Both the position numbers and the translations under genes were made by a program. Positions 1-12,704 of a DNA stretch of 64,000 nt are shown one piece after another. The notes beneath the pieces are model-generated. The model was given only the letters and a program-made list of their open reading frames with translations, made no database searches and was not told where the DNA came from. Numbering within the stretch: position 1 is the first letter of the stretch; each line of letters starts with the position of its first letter. The DNA lies in assembly GCA_950097015.1 (NCBI GenBank), contig CATNEN010000002.1, positions 7,378,001-7,442,000 on the forward strand, read 5' to 3'. The stretch is from Macrostomum hystrix. Taxonomy: Eukaryota > Animalia > Platyhelminthes.

Positions 1-2187
1 GTGGGGAGATAAGATTGAGGGGAGATTGTAGAGAGGGAGATATTGGGGAGAGTTGGGGCTTGGAGAGAGCGGAGATTGTAAAGAGGGAGAAATTGTGGAG
101 AGGGGGATATTGGGGAGAGGGAGAGATTGTTGAGGGGGACATTGTGGAGAGGGGGAGATTACGGAGAGGGGAGATTGTGGAGAGGGGGAGATTGTGGAGA
201 GGGGGAGATTGTAGAGAGTGGAGATTGTGGAGATGGGAAGATTGTAGAGAGGGAGAGATTGTGGAGACGGGGAGGTTATTGAGAGAGGGAGATTGAGGAG
301 AGGGGGGATATTTTAGAGAGGGGAGATTGTGAAGAGGGGGGTTGTGGATGGGGAGATTGTGGAGAGGGGGAGATTCTGGAGAGGGGGAAATTGTGGAAAG
401 GGGGAGATTGTGGAGAGGGAGATTCTGGAGAGGGGGAGATTGTGGAGAGGGGGAGATTCTGGAGAGGGGGAGATTCTGGAGAGGGGAGATTGTGGAGAGG
501 GGGAGATTGTGGAGAGGGGGAGATTGTGGAGAGGGAGAGATTGTGGAGAGGGGGAGATTCTGGAGAGGGGGAAATTGTGGAGAGGGGGAGATTCTGGAGA
601 GGGGAGATTGTGGAGAGGGGGAGATTGTGGAGAGGGGGAGATTGTGGAGAGGGAGAAATTGTGGAGAGGGAGAAATTGTGGAGAGGGGGAGATTGTGGAG
701 AGAGGGAGATTCTGGAGAGGGGGAGATTGTGGAGAGGGGGAGATTCTGGAGAGGGGGAGATTCTGGAGAGGGGAGATTGTGGAGAGGGGGAGATTGTGGA
801 GAGGGGGAGATTGTGGAGAGGGGGACATTGTGGAGAGGGGGAGATTATGGAGAGGGGGAGATTGTAGAGAGTGGAGATTGTGGAGATGGGAAGATTGTAG
901 AGAGGGAGAGATTGTGGAGACGGGGAGGTTATTGAGAGAGGGAGATTGAGGAGAGGGGGGATATTTTAGAGAGGGGAGATTGTGAAGAGGGGGGTTGTGG
1001 ATGGGGAGATTGTGGAGAGGGGGAGATTCTGGAGAGGGGAAGATTGTGGAGAGGGGGAGATTGTGGAGAGGGGGAGATTGTGGAGAGGGGGAGATTCTGG
1101 AGAGGGGGAAATTGTGGAAAGGGGGAGATTGTGGAGAGGGAGATTCTGGAGAGGGGGAGATTGTGGAGAGGGGGAGATTCTGGAGAGGGGGAGATTCTGG
1201 AGAGGGGAGATTGTGGAGAGGGGGAGATTGTGGAGAGGGGGAGATTGTGGAGAGGGAGAGATTGTGGAGAGGGGGAGATTCTGGAGAGGGGGAAATTGTG
1301 GAGAGGGGGAGATTCTGGAGAGGGGAGATTGTGGAGAGGGGGAGATTGTGGAGAGGGGGAGATTGTGGAGAGGGAGAAATTGTGGAGAGGGAGAAATTGT
1401 GGAGAGGGGGAGATTGTGGAGAGAGGGAGATTCTGGAGAGGGGGAGATTGTGGAGAGGGGGAGATTCTGGAGAGGGGGAGATTCTGGAGAGGGGAGATTG
1501 TGGAGAGGGGGAGATTGTGGAGAGGGGGAGATTGTGGAGAGGGGGACATTGTGGAGAGGGGGAGATTATGGAGAGGGGGAGATTGTAGAGAGTGGAGATT
1601 GTGGAGATGGGAAGATTGTAGAGAGGGAGAGATTGTGGAGACGGGGAGGTTATTGAGAGAGGGAGATTGAGGAGAGGGGGGATATTTTAGAGAGGGGAGA
1701 TTGTGAAGAGGGGGGTTGTGGATGGGGAGATTGTGGAGAGGGGGAGATTGTGGAGAGTGAGCGATTGTGGAGAGGGCGAGATTCTGGAGAGGGGGAAATT
1801 GTGGAGAGGGGGAGATTGTGGAGAGAGGGAGATTCTGGAGAGGGGGAGATTGTGGAGAGGGGGAGATTCTGGAGAGGGGGAGATTCTGGAGAGGGGGAGA
1901 TTCTGGAGAGGGGAGATTGTGGAGAGGGGGAGATTATGGAGAGGGGGAGATTGTGGAGAGGGGGAGATTATGGAGAGGGGGAGATTGTGGAGAGGGGGAG
2001 ATTGTGGAGAGGGAGAAATTGTGGAGAGGGAGAAATTGTGGAGAGGGGGAGATTGTGGAGGGGGAGATTGTGGAGAGGGAGAAATTGTGGAGAGGGAGAA
2101 ATTGTGGAGAGGGGGAGATTGTGGAGAGGGGGAGATTGTGGAGAGGGGGAGATTGTTGAGAGGGGAGATTGTAGAGAGGGGAGATCC
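1..2187. repeat. Purine-rich 17-bp minisatellite (GGAGAGGGGGAGATTGT)n with higher-order blocks
   Basis: 17-bp period (ATTGTGG at 607, 624, 641). The variant block GTGAAGAGGGGGGTTGTGGATGG recurs at ~329, ~982 and ~1703. Confidence 0.97.
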
Positions 2188-2256
2188 TAGATTTGAACTA
2201 AGCCCCGAAATCTGCTCATGGTCGAAGCCATCGGTGAAGGCGTGTTCCCTAGTTAG

Positions 2257-2571
2257 CCGTTGGAAATGATAGACCCCATCTTGAGTCACAGTGAGCATGC
2301 TCGAGAGGTGAGCTGTGGTTGAGTGGGTCTGGGTGATAAGCCATAGGGGCAGACAGTGCTCAGCGGAAGGATTTGACACGATAAGCCACACTTCAAGGTG
2401 TTGGCATTGGAATTCTTTATTAGGCCCAACAGCCCAACAGAAAGAAAAAAATGGTTCAATAGGCTTGTTAAACTGATTAATGCGTCGAAACTGGCGCACA
2501 AAAGGGTTCCCAGCTTTGCCGTTGACGACATCGTCATTGCAGGGTTAGGCGATGGTATATTGAGCATAAAA
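2257..2571 (+). CDS. Possible upstream exons of an uncharacterised gene (..MIDPILSHSEHARE | VLALEFF..GILSIK)
   Basis: Donor-like GAG|GTGAGC at 2308 and AAA|GTGAGT at 2572, both phase 0, around open non-repetitive frames. No family recognised, and linkage to the exons at 3038-7252 is unproven. Confidence 0.3.
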
Positions 2572-3095
2572 GTGAGTTATATTAAGGGATTTGGGTAGAG
2601 AAAAGATTTAGAGGAATTGGAGCGAGAGACAGACAGGGAGAAACCGGGTAGGAAAAATATACGGATGGGAAGAATGTATGGGGAGATTAGGGACGATTTC
2701 GGGGAAAATATTTTTTGGGTGGGAAGATTTTTGAGAGAGATGAGATATTTCTCCCGGGATTACTATAGATCAGGGATCTACACAAATGAGATGAGATGTG
2801 AGGGCCATAGGTCAGTGCTGAGCTGCATCTACTCATCTGCTTCTCCCGAATTCAAAGCAACCTAACTCAATAGCTGGTTGTCCCTCAATCTTTCAATCGG
2901 CCAAGCTAATCTAAGTTAGTTAATCCCTAGCTATATTTAACCCGTATCAAAGACTCGACTAATATTCGATTACATTTTTGGGGAAAAAACTGAATTATTA
3001 TTAGCACTATAAGTTGTTTATTAAGCACTGAATGCAGCCAGACAGAATCTCAGGTGAGCTACCTGGATCACGAAAATCCCGGTCTGATCCCGCAG

Positions 3096-6000
3096 GACCG
3101 CAGACAAGCCGGTCCGCCTGCCAGAAGGCCTTCACAGCCACCGACATCGCCAGCTGCCCGGCTGCAGCCAGAGCTCAGCCGTGCCGCGATGCCGCAACCT
3201 ACCTGGCGGCCGACTGCACCTGTGAAGCCTGCCCGACCGCCGCAGCCAGCCCGAAGCTCCACTGCCTGCGCTTGCTGGGCCTCTGCGAGAGCCGCGAGGC
3301 GGCCGTTTCGACGTTCGCGTATTCGGTGACGTCGAGCGACCAGCGTTACTGGACTTGGACTTGGAAGCCGATTGTCGAGGAGAAATCGAGTTCAAGCAAA
3401 GGTGAGTAGAGGGGATATTGTTGTGGGGAGAGATTTTGGTTGGGGAGATGGAGGAGAAGACATAGTAACTATCTAGGCTGCTTGCAGTGACTCCAGTTGG
3501 TGCCATTTTATTTCAAGCAACAGTTCAGTTGCTTCTGTTGTCTTTCGACTATTAATTAGACTCAATGTGAAAATTTCAACATGAAAAAATTTATTTATCC
3601 CCGCCCCTATGGGGCCAGAAGTGCAGCCGACAGCACAGCAGCTGCTATTGCGGCGTATCTGATCTGAAGCTTGCGTATGGCTGTTCAGTCCATGGACTGG
3701 GGCGCCACACCGACACTTAACTCTAGCTAATGCTGGTACCTATTTAACACCTGGGTGAACTGAAGGAATGCTGAGTTAATTGTGTTGCTAAATACCATGA
3801 ACTGTTTCAGTGGAGCCGGGAATCGAACCTTCGACCTTCAAGTCGTGAATACGACGCCATAATCACGCAGGGCAACAACCCCCTTTTAATTTATGAGCAC
3901 TGTGCCCCTACAGTGGAAGCTGACTTTCAGAAGCATAAAAAATCTTGATCGGAGAATTGTTAAATTTCCGGGCTCCAGTTGCTGATCCAGGAAATGTGAA
4001 AAGCCGTCTCTCACAAACAAGTCTGGCCACAAAAAAATTAGAGTGAGAAAAAATCATTAAAAATGAGTTCTCCTGAACTGGTTGTTGTCAACCTAAACAG
4101 CCACCGACTTCCTGTTAATTGTTCATTGCAGAGTTAAAACAATTGCAATCACGCGTTTTTTTATAAAAGAAGCGATTATTGAAAGGAAATTTCGACGGAA
4201 AATTCCCCAATTTGAAGAGTTTATGCGTCTCAATGTCCTGAGAAGGCAGAATATGACTTCAGAAATCTGAGTTTCAAGTACAAAAAGTATGACCTCATTA
4301 GGCGAGCTAAACTCAAGCTGGTTATCCCCTGGGCCCGATGACATTAGTGCATGAGCATTTATAGCGGCTCCCACTAATGAGCTGCCAGATCATTAATCCG
4401 ACCGGGGATTGCTCTATATTTTTCCCTGATTCGGATTGAATCTCCACAGGATCAGAATGAAGCAGAGTTAATCCCATTCGCGAAAGAGATTTGTTTAGAA
4501 ACAATTCAGTTTGGGATATGCAATGTCACAGGAAGTTCTTAATCTGAACAATGAGACCATTCATTACTGATTCATTACTATCAAACCTGACCGATACGTC
4601 GATTAGTACTACAAGTAGGAGTATATAAAAAAATACACTTTTCCAGTCAGAGTCGAAATAATTCCAACTAGATAATAATAAAAAATAATAATCTTGGATG
4701 AAAAGAATTGAATTGACTGCTAATATATTCCTATTTCAAATTTGGGATGGTGTGTGGCGGCTACAATTAGTCCAATTGGGGTGGGTTTGTGGCGGCTACA
4801 ATTAGTCTAATTGGGGTGGGTGTGTGGCGACTACAATTAGTCTAATTGGGGTATGTGTGTGGCGGCTACAATTAGTCTAATTGGGGTGGGTGTGTGGCGA
4901 CTACAATTAGTCTAATTGGGGTGGGTGTGTGGCGGCTACAATTAGTCTAATTGGGGTGGGTGTGTGGCGGCTACAATTAGTCCAATTGGGGTGGGTGTGT
5001 GGCGGCTACAATTAGTCTAATTGGGGTGGGTGTGTGGCGGCTACAATTAGTCTAATTGGGGTGGGTGTGTGGCGGCTACAATTAGTCTAATTGGGGTATG
5101 TGTGTGGCGGCTAAATTAGTCTAATTGGGGTGGGTGTGTGGCGGCTACAATTAGTCCAATTGGGGTGGGTTTGTGGCGGCTACAATTAGTCTAATTGGGG
5201 TGGGTGTGTGGCGGCTACAATTAGTCTAATTGGGGTGGGTGTGTGGCGGCTACAATTAGTCTAATTGGGGTGGGTGTGTGGCGGCTACAATTAGTCTAAT
5301 TGGGGTATGTGTGTGGCGGCTACAATTAGTCTAATTGGGGTGGGTGTGTGGCGGCTACAATTAGTCCAATTGGGGTGGGTGTGTGGCGGCTACAATTAGT
5401 CTAATTGGGGTGGGTGTGTGGCGGCTAAATTAGTCTAATTGGGGTGGGTGTGTGGCGGCTACAATTAGTCTAATTGGGGTATGTGTGTGGCGGCTACAAT
5501 TAGTCTAATTGGGGTGGGTGTGTGGCGGCTACAATTAGTCTAATTGGGGTATGTGTGTGGCGGCTACAATTAGTCTGATTGGGGTGGGTGTGTGGCGGCT
5601 ACAATTAGTCTAATTGGGGTATGTGTGTGGCGGCTACAATTAGTCTAATTGGGGTGGGTGTGTGGCGGCTACAATTAGTCCAATTGGGGTGGGTGTGTGG
5701 CGGCTACAATTAGTCTATTTGGGGTGGGTGTGTGGCGGCTAAATTAGTCTAATTGGGGTGGGTGTGTGGCGGCTACAATTAGTCTAATTGGGGTGGGTGT
5801 GTGGCGGCTACAATTAGCCTAATTGGGGTGGGTGTGTGGCGGCTACAATTAGTCTAATTGGGGTATGTGTGTGGCGGCTACAATTAGTCTAATTGGGGTA
5901 TGTGTGTGGCGGCTACAATTAGTCTGATTGGGGTGGGTGTGTGGCGGCTACAATTAGTCTAATTGGGGTGGGTGTGTGGCGGCTAAATTAGTCTAATTGG

Positions 6001-7252
6001 GGTGGGTGTGTTGCGGCTACAATTAGTCTAATTGGGGTGGGTGTGTGGCGGCTACAATTAGTCTAATTGGGGTGGGTGTGTGGCGGCTACAATTAGTCTA
6101 ATTGGGGTGGGTGTGTGGCGGCTAAATTAGTCTAATTGGGGTGGGTGTGTTGCGGCTACAATTAGTCTAATTGGGGTGGGTGTGTGGCACCTACAATTAG
6201 TCTAATTGGGGTGGGTTTGTGGCGGCTAAATTAGTCTAATTGGGGTGGGTGTGTGGCGGCTACAATTAGTCTAATTGGGGTATGTGTGTGGCGGCTACAA
6301 TTAGTCTGATTGGGGTGGGTGTGTGGCGGCTACAATTAGTCTAATTGGGGTATGTGTGTGGCGGCTACAATTAGTCTAATTGGGGTGGGTGTGTGGCGGC
6401 TACAATTAGTCCAATTGGGGTGGGTGTGTGGCGGCTACAATTAGTCTATTTGGGGTGGGTGTGTGGCGGCTAAATTAGTCTAATTGGGGTGGGTGTGTGG
6501 CGGCTACAATTAGTCTAATTGGGGTGGGTGTGTGGCGGCTACAATTAGTCTAATTGGGGTGGGTGTGTGGCGGCTACAATTAGTCTAATTGGGGTATGTG
6601 TGTGGCGGCTACAATTAGTCTAATTGGGGTATGTGTGTGGCGGCTACAATTAGTCTGATTGGGGTGGGTGTGTGGCGGCTACAATTAGTCTAATTGGGGT
6701 GGGTGTGTGGCGGCTAAATTAGTCTAATTGGGGTGGGTGTGTTGCGGCTACAATTAGTCTAATTGGGGTGGGTGTGTGGCGGCTACAATTAGTCTAATTG
6801 GGGTGGGTGTGTGGCGGCTACAATTAGTCTAATTGGGGTGGGTGTGTGGCGGCTAAATTAGTCTAATTGGGGTGGGTGTGTTGCGGCTACAATTAGTCTA
6901 ATTGGGGTGGGTGTGTGGCACCTACAATTAGTCTAATTGGGGTGGGTTTGTGGCGGCTAAATTAGTCTAATTGGGGTGGGTGTGTGGCGGCTACAATTAG
7001 TCTAATTGGGGTGGATGCTTCACGGCTGCAAAGTCATCAATTCACTCATGATTCCCCACAGGCGTGTCCTGGAGTCTGCTCATCATGCTGATCTGCGTGA
7101 TCCTGGTGGCCGCTCCCATTTTAGCCTTCTTCGCTTATCGCCGATTGAGACGGCCGCTGGCACATGAGCAGCCGAGAACACCCAATATATTCAACGCACC
7201 TGTAGTGCCTGATGATCCTGAAGCGGAGCCACTGCCGACTGGCCAGGCCTGA
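3096..7252 (+). CDS. Uncharacterised single-pass membrane protein with Cys-rich ectodomain (3' exons)
   Basis: Exon 3096-3401 (acceptor CCCGCAG, donor G|GTGAGT, 8 Cys) joins in phase 1 to exon 7062-7252 (acceptor CCCCACAG). The product contains TM SWSLLIMLICVILVAAPILAFFAY, then RRLRR and a short tail ending in TGA. A possible 16-nt exon lies at 3038-3053. Confidence 0.75.
3597..3876 (-). mobile_element. tRNA-derived SINE
   Basis: The minus strand has a tRNA-like head with B-box GGTTCGATTCCC. The body contains TTCACCCAGGTGTTAAATAGGTACC, which resembles conserved invertebrate SINE central domains. Intronic. Confidence 0.65.
4250..4500 (+). pseudogene. Possible decayed LINE reverse-transcriptase fragment
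   Basis: Interrupted frames give SPGPDDI and EAELIPFAK, reminiscent of the non-LTR RT pre-domain motifs SPGPDGI and A.vIPi.K. Contains stops and frameshifts. Confidence 0.25.
4745..7017. repeat. 35-bp intronic minisatellite with internal hairpin CAATTAG-T-CTAATTG
   Basis: Unit GTGGCGGCTACAATTAGTCTAATTGGGGTGGGTGT, period 35 (4761, 4796), about 65 copies. Confidence 0.97.
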
Positions 7253-7477
7253 CGACGAGTTTAAACTATCATTCGTACAAACTAGTACGAAATCTCTGGC
7301 CTAGAAACTAGAACAAACAGCTGCGTTGGTTCATTTAAAAAAGTACTTTTTTTGTTTTCAATTTTAATAATATTAAATATATTCAATTTTTTCCATAGTT
7401 TCGTCATAATTTTAGGACAGGCAACAATATGACACTCGGCTTAAGTGTTGAGTCCAATATTATGACAGTCTAAAACT

Positions 7478-8737
7478 GTCAGTGTCTGTCTGATGCTGTC
7501 AGGGTCTGTCTGATGCTGTCAGGGTCTGTCTGATGCTGTCAGGGTCTGTCTGATGCTGTCAGTGTCTGTCTGATGCTGTCAGTGTCTGTCTGATGCTGTC
7601 ACGGTCTGTCTGATGCTGTCAGTGTCTGTCTGATGCTGTCACGGTCTGTCTGATGCTATCAGTGTCTGTCTGATGCTGTCAGTGTCTGTCTGATGCTGTC
7701 ACGGTCTGTCTGATGCTGTCAGTGTCTGTCTGATGCTGTCAGTGTCTGTCTGATGCTGTCACGGTCTGTCTGATGCTATCAGTGTCTGTCTGATGCTGTC
7801 AGTGTCTGTCTGATGCTGTCACGGTCTGTCTGATGCTGTCAGTGTCTGTCTGATGCTGTCAGTGTCTGTCTGATGCTGTCAGTGTCTGTCTGATGCTGTC
7901 AGTGTCTGTCTGATGCTGTCAGTGTCTGTCTGATGCTGTCACGGTCTGTCTGATGCTGTCAGTGTCTTTCTGATGCTGTCAGTGTCTGTCTGATGCTGTC
8001 AGTGTCTGTCTGATGCTGTCACGGTCTGTCTGATGCTGTCAGTGTCTGTCTGATGCTGTCACGGTCTGTCTGATGCTGTCAGTGTCTGTCTGATGCTGTC
8101 AGTGTCTGTCTGATGCTGTCAGTGTCTGTCTGATGCTGTCAGTGTCTGTCTGATGCTGTCAGTGTGTCTGATGCTGTCACGGTCTGTCTGATGCTGTCAG
8201 TGTCTGTCTGATGCTGTCAGTGTCTGTCTGATGCTGTCAGTGTCTGTCTGATGCTGTCAGTGTCTGTCTGATGCTGTCACGGTCTGTCTGATGCTGTCAG
8301 TGTCTGTCTGATGCTGTCACGGTCTGTCTGATGCTGTCAGTGTCTGTCTGATGCTGTCAGTGTCTGTCTGATGCTGTCAGTGTCTGTCTGATGCTGTCAC
8401 GGTCTGTCTGATGCTGTCAGTGTGTCTGATGCTGTCAGTGTCTGTCTGATGCTGTCACGGTCTGTCTGATGCTGTCACGGTCTGTCTGATGCTGTCAGTG
8501 TCTGTCTGATGCTGTCAGTGTCTGTCTGATGCTGTCAGTGTCTGTCTGATGCTGTCAGGGTCTGACCTGAGGCTGTCATGGTCTGATCTGAGGCTGTCAT
8601 GGTCTGATCTGAGGCTGTCAGGGTCTGATCTGAGGCTGTCATGGTCTGATCTGAGGCTGTCAGGGTCTGATCTGAGGCTGTCATGGTCTGTCTGATGCTG
8701 TCAGGGTCTGATCTGAGGCTGTCAGGGTCTGTCAATC
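7478..8737. repeat. 20-bp minisatellite (TGTCAGTGTCTGTCTGATGC)n, ending in 21-bp variants
   Basis: Visible 20-bp column periodicity. Lies between two convergent 3' ends. Confidence 0.97.
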
Positions 8738-9281
8738 TGTCTCATGAGTCTGTAAGAGGTAGTCAGCTGTCAAAACCTGTGCGAATTATTGTGTTCAACA
8801 ATTCACCAACTATCAGAATTTTACGTAGGAATGCAACAAAGCTGCCGCAACTATAATACTTGAATCCCAGAAAGTTTATAAGCCGCAATCAGCGACAGTT
8901 AAAAAGCTACAGTTCATAGCACAAGCAAGTCTTAGAAGAAAGTTTATTTTCATAATTTAATAACGCGAATCTAGCTACACGATAAAACAAAACTAACATG
9001 AAAACAGTAACTTCTTGTGAATAGCTAAAACGGCTTACAGCAAGCTTAGCTAAACACAAACAAATGGCTCAAAGGAAAACAGACAATGAAATTTCCGAAA
9101 TGCAACTAATTCATAATTCCGTTTTTTCCCACAACTCTATGTCCGCGGATAGGGAAGACAACTGCAAACACGAGAGCTTGTGTGACCCGCTGACAGCAGA
9201 ATTGTCACAATTTAATTCACATGCAAGACAGTCCTAGAAGTCTCATTCACATAACCTAGTATGATTCTAAAAGCCTTAGAT

Positions 9282-9395
9282 CAAGAATTCACAAAGACTG
9301 ATCAAGAATTCACAAAGACTTTGATCAAGAATTCACAAAGACTTTGATCAAGAATTCACAAAGACTAAGATCCAGAATACACAAAGACTTTTCCA
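9282..9395. repeat. Short ~22-bp tandem repeat (GATCAAGAATTCACAAAGACT..)
   Basis: 4-5 imperfect copies just 3' of the ECSIT stop. Confidence 0.8.
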
Positions 9396-9415
9396 ATGGA
9401 CACAGCCTGGCAGCT

Positions 9416-11420
9416 TCAGGACTGTCTACTGCTGCCTCGAGTTTCGTTGTCAAACTGATCCCGCCGGTTGCTGTCATTGCCGGCATCGTCAGCTCGCTGA
9501 TTGTCGGCCTCGGTGGCGTCCCAGCAATCGTCGCGGCGCAGTCGCAGCACCACTGACGCCTGGCGAAGCGCCTCGTTGCCAGGCTCCTCGGCCAGCAGGC
9601 GAACCCAGCGGAGCAGCAGGTCGGCGCCGGCTGAGCTGCTGGCGATAGCCAACGCCAAGATGGTCTGGTCGGGCAGCTCGTGCTCGCTGGCGGAGAGAGC
9701 CAACTCGTTCTCGTCTTCAATTGGCTGCTCTTCGAAGCAGTCATCATCCGGGCAGCGAAGCCGGTGCCACCAGGCGTAGTTCTCTTCGTCCGGACGAGGC
9801 CGCAGCTTCTGCGGCGTTGAAGCGGCGGACGGAGCGGCCGCCATGTAGCGTGCGGCGCTGTGGAATATATTTTACAGTTGTAGCTTCAGAGCAGCTTAGG
9901 CTTAAATATGTGAAACAAAAAAAACTCACATCTCCCTAGCTAGAGGAGTGGGATCAGCTGCTAGCGTGTAGTAGCCTAATCTTAACTGACCGAACCACAC
10001 GCGCCTCGGACCGTCAAGATAGACGTGCGCTCCCGGTGATAAACTGCCTAGCAACCGTTGCTGGGCTGGAGCTTGAGCACTGGCGACAAACAGATCACTG
10101 CCTGGAGGGCCGTCCATATCGTAGGCGGAGACAAGGGTCTCGTGATCTGGACACATGCGGCGTAGGGCACGAATAGCGGCGTCCCTACAATTACATAAAA
10201 AACTTAAATTAAGAAAAACATTCTGGTCCATTGTACTAAAACTCCAGTTTCAGAAGGGGGGTTCGATTTGCTAGTTCTATATACTAAACTCTGCAGTCAG
10301 AAAGGGGTTTAATTTGCTAGTTCTATATACTAAACTCGGCAGTCAAAATTCGAATTAATAGACTTCTTCTACATAGTAATCTTTGCTGCGTACATACGTT
10401 AAAATTCTACAACAATTTATGATATTTTTCTTAACTCAGATAAAATACCACTTTAATATAAACAAGCTTTCAAAACGGACCTAGCACTCTCCAGTTTGGG
10501 CAGGTACTGCAGTCCGGAACTAGTAAGTGTGACGGCCGGCCAGGGATCAGCGTGACGGAGCTTGGGCATCCAGTACATCAAACGCTGAAATTTAGCCATT
10601 ACGTAGGACTCCGTGCCGAATATTCGGCAGATCTGCAGGCCCATCTCTGTGTCCGGCATAACTCGGTGCTCATTCATAGTGTCCAGCAGGCACAGAGCCG
10701 CATCCTGTTGGCGCGGATAGTGCTTGAACTCGCTCTGCCACATAGAGCGCACGCGCATCACGTCCTTAGGGAACACGTCCATTAATGCTTTGTAGCACTG
10801 TGGGAAGGATTTTACAGAATAGGTTTTGACAAAATTTGACGTACAAAAGTACAACACTGATAGCAAAAAAGTATATCTACATGCCCCGCTATTCTCAGGA
10901 TTATACCAGAAACAAATATACGCTCAATTCAACTCACCTGCAAATCATCGTGCACCTCCAGCTCCTTCATGCGACTCAGCGAAGCCTCAATGAACTCGAC
11001 GTGGCCTCGCCTAGTCGGCCCGTAGCGTTGCATATAGAGAAAGATGGAATCGAAGAATTCCTGTCGCTTTCTAGCCCGAATGGCAACGGCCTCGGGTGAG
11101 AAGACCACCTCCGGCTGCTGCAGCCGTTGCAGTCCGGCGAGCTGATTTTCAGTCTTCGACGGCAGGCCGACAGCGGCTTGACTAGCCAGATCGTCAAGTC
11201 TGCGCTGGCGTTTTCGCTGCTTTTCAGCTTCGACGCGTCGCTCCCTATCGGTCAGGCGCATGGATAGGAAACTCTGAATGAATGGCCGCCGGCTGCTGGT
11301 GGACACTGGCCTGCGGTGGCACCAACTGTGGCGATGAAGCCGCTGAGCAGCTGGAGGAGGCTGCGCAGAAGCTGCGACTGACGCCAGCGCCAGCGTTGGT
11401 CGCTTCAACAGCAGCTGCTG
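9416..11420 (-). CDS. ECSIT: ECSIT (mitochondrial complex I assembly factor / Toll pathway adaptor); start codon not resolved
   Basis: Exons ~11420-10938, 10797-10481, 10184-9930 and 9857-9416, GT-AG, phases consistent (0,2,2). Family motifs: RRGHVEFI, YKALMDVFPK, HYPRQQ..MPD.EM, LMYWMPK, ASAQAPAQQ.LL, YLDGP..VW, and HE..DQTILAL..LLRWVRLL. The N-terminus is Arg/Ser-rich like a mitochondrial presequence. Confidence 0.92.
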
Positions 11421-11527
11421 CGGATGAGCCGAGTTAAGGAATAGTATTTAATAATTATAATTCATAAATACGGGGTAATAAAAACGGCCCCCGATGGAAC
11501 CTGCATGAAAATCCTGCGTGTGAGTAA

Positions 11528-11840
11528 ATCTACTGCAGGGAAATCCAGTGTGGGGAAACAACTGCACGGAAATCCTGAGTGAGTAAATACATTGCAGGGA
11601 AATCCAGTGTGGGGAAATCCAGTGTAGGAAAACTACTGCAGAGAAATCCAGTGTGGGGAAATCCAGTGTGGGGAAATCCAGTGTGGGGAAATCCAGTGTG
11701 GGGAAATCCGGTGTGGGGAAATCCAGTGTGGGGAAATCCAGTGTGGGGAAATCCAGTGTGGGGAAATCCAGTGTGGGGAAATCCAGTGTGGGAAAACTAC
11801 TGCAGGGAAATCCAGTGTAGGGAAACTACTGCAGGGAAAT
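11528..11840. repeat. 15-bp minisatellite (GGGAAATCCAGTGTG)n
   Basis: Tandem copies giving the GNPVW pseudo-ORF. Confidence 0.95.
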
Positions 11841-12704
11841 CCTCCGTGGGGAAATGTACTACAAGGAAACCGTACGTTGAATTCTACTGCAGAGAAATCT
11901 TCCGTGGTGGATTTACTCTGTTGAAATCTTTATACTGCAAGGAAAGTCTACTACCAAGGGTAATTCGGTACAGCAAAAATAAGAAGTCAGAAGTGTCACC
12001 AATAAGTTATATTGCTTAGAATGAAGATAAAAATGATTATAGGTAACTGACGTATATTATATACCTAACCATTATGTCAAAAATAAACTCATTTCTCTGC
12101 TAGGTGCATAGGAAAGCCAAGGTGACAAAAATACTAATTCTAAAGAAGTGAATGCTCTCAGAAAATACTACAGATCAAATATTTTATGAACAGAGATCAC
12201 AATTATAATCCTTTGAAATGAATATCACATGCTCAGAAACTGGCCTCTCTACTGCATAATACCGGCCATTGTGAACTAGTCAAAACAATTAGATGAAAAA
12301 CCAAAGTTCTGTTTAAACAAACGCAACACCAGAAACCCAATATGGCAGCAACCGGCAACAATACGACAATACGCGGTTGAGCGGATAGTTCAAAGCGATT
12401 CGCTCTAGTGATGCATGCAGAACACTTCAACACGCAATGGCAAAAAAACAAAATGGTCAGGCAAGTATATCCAAATAATCCCAAGCAGTTGATTGCACAG
12501 TCTACGGTAGTGAAGCACCATTGAGTAAATGAGTAACTGTTGTAGCTCTTACAAAGTATCGGGCCGATTTCAGCTGTTACAAGTAGGATTGGGCAAACAC
12601 TTTTGAGACTTGAGGCAGAATTGAGGCAGAATTTATGTTGCCACAGCACTACTTCGAGTAACATCTAACTAAAAGTATCGAGTGCGAGTACAATCTGGCA
12701 TTGA

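Noticed and set aside
15-2269. Many ERGRLWRGGD / SPSPQSPPLHNL ORFs
   Set aside because: Translations of the 17-bp satellite in all frames, with no splice or codon evidence.
9744-9929. Alternative frame for the ECSIT last exon
   Set aside because: Splice phase and the ECSIT C-terminal motifs support the 9857-9416 frame.
12233-12664. 143-aa minus-strand ORF MLLEVVLW..
   Set aside because: AT-rich, no motif, and probably FICD 3' UTR or intergenic sequence. It cannot be excluded as the source of the ECSIT start.
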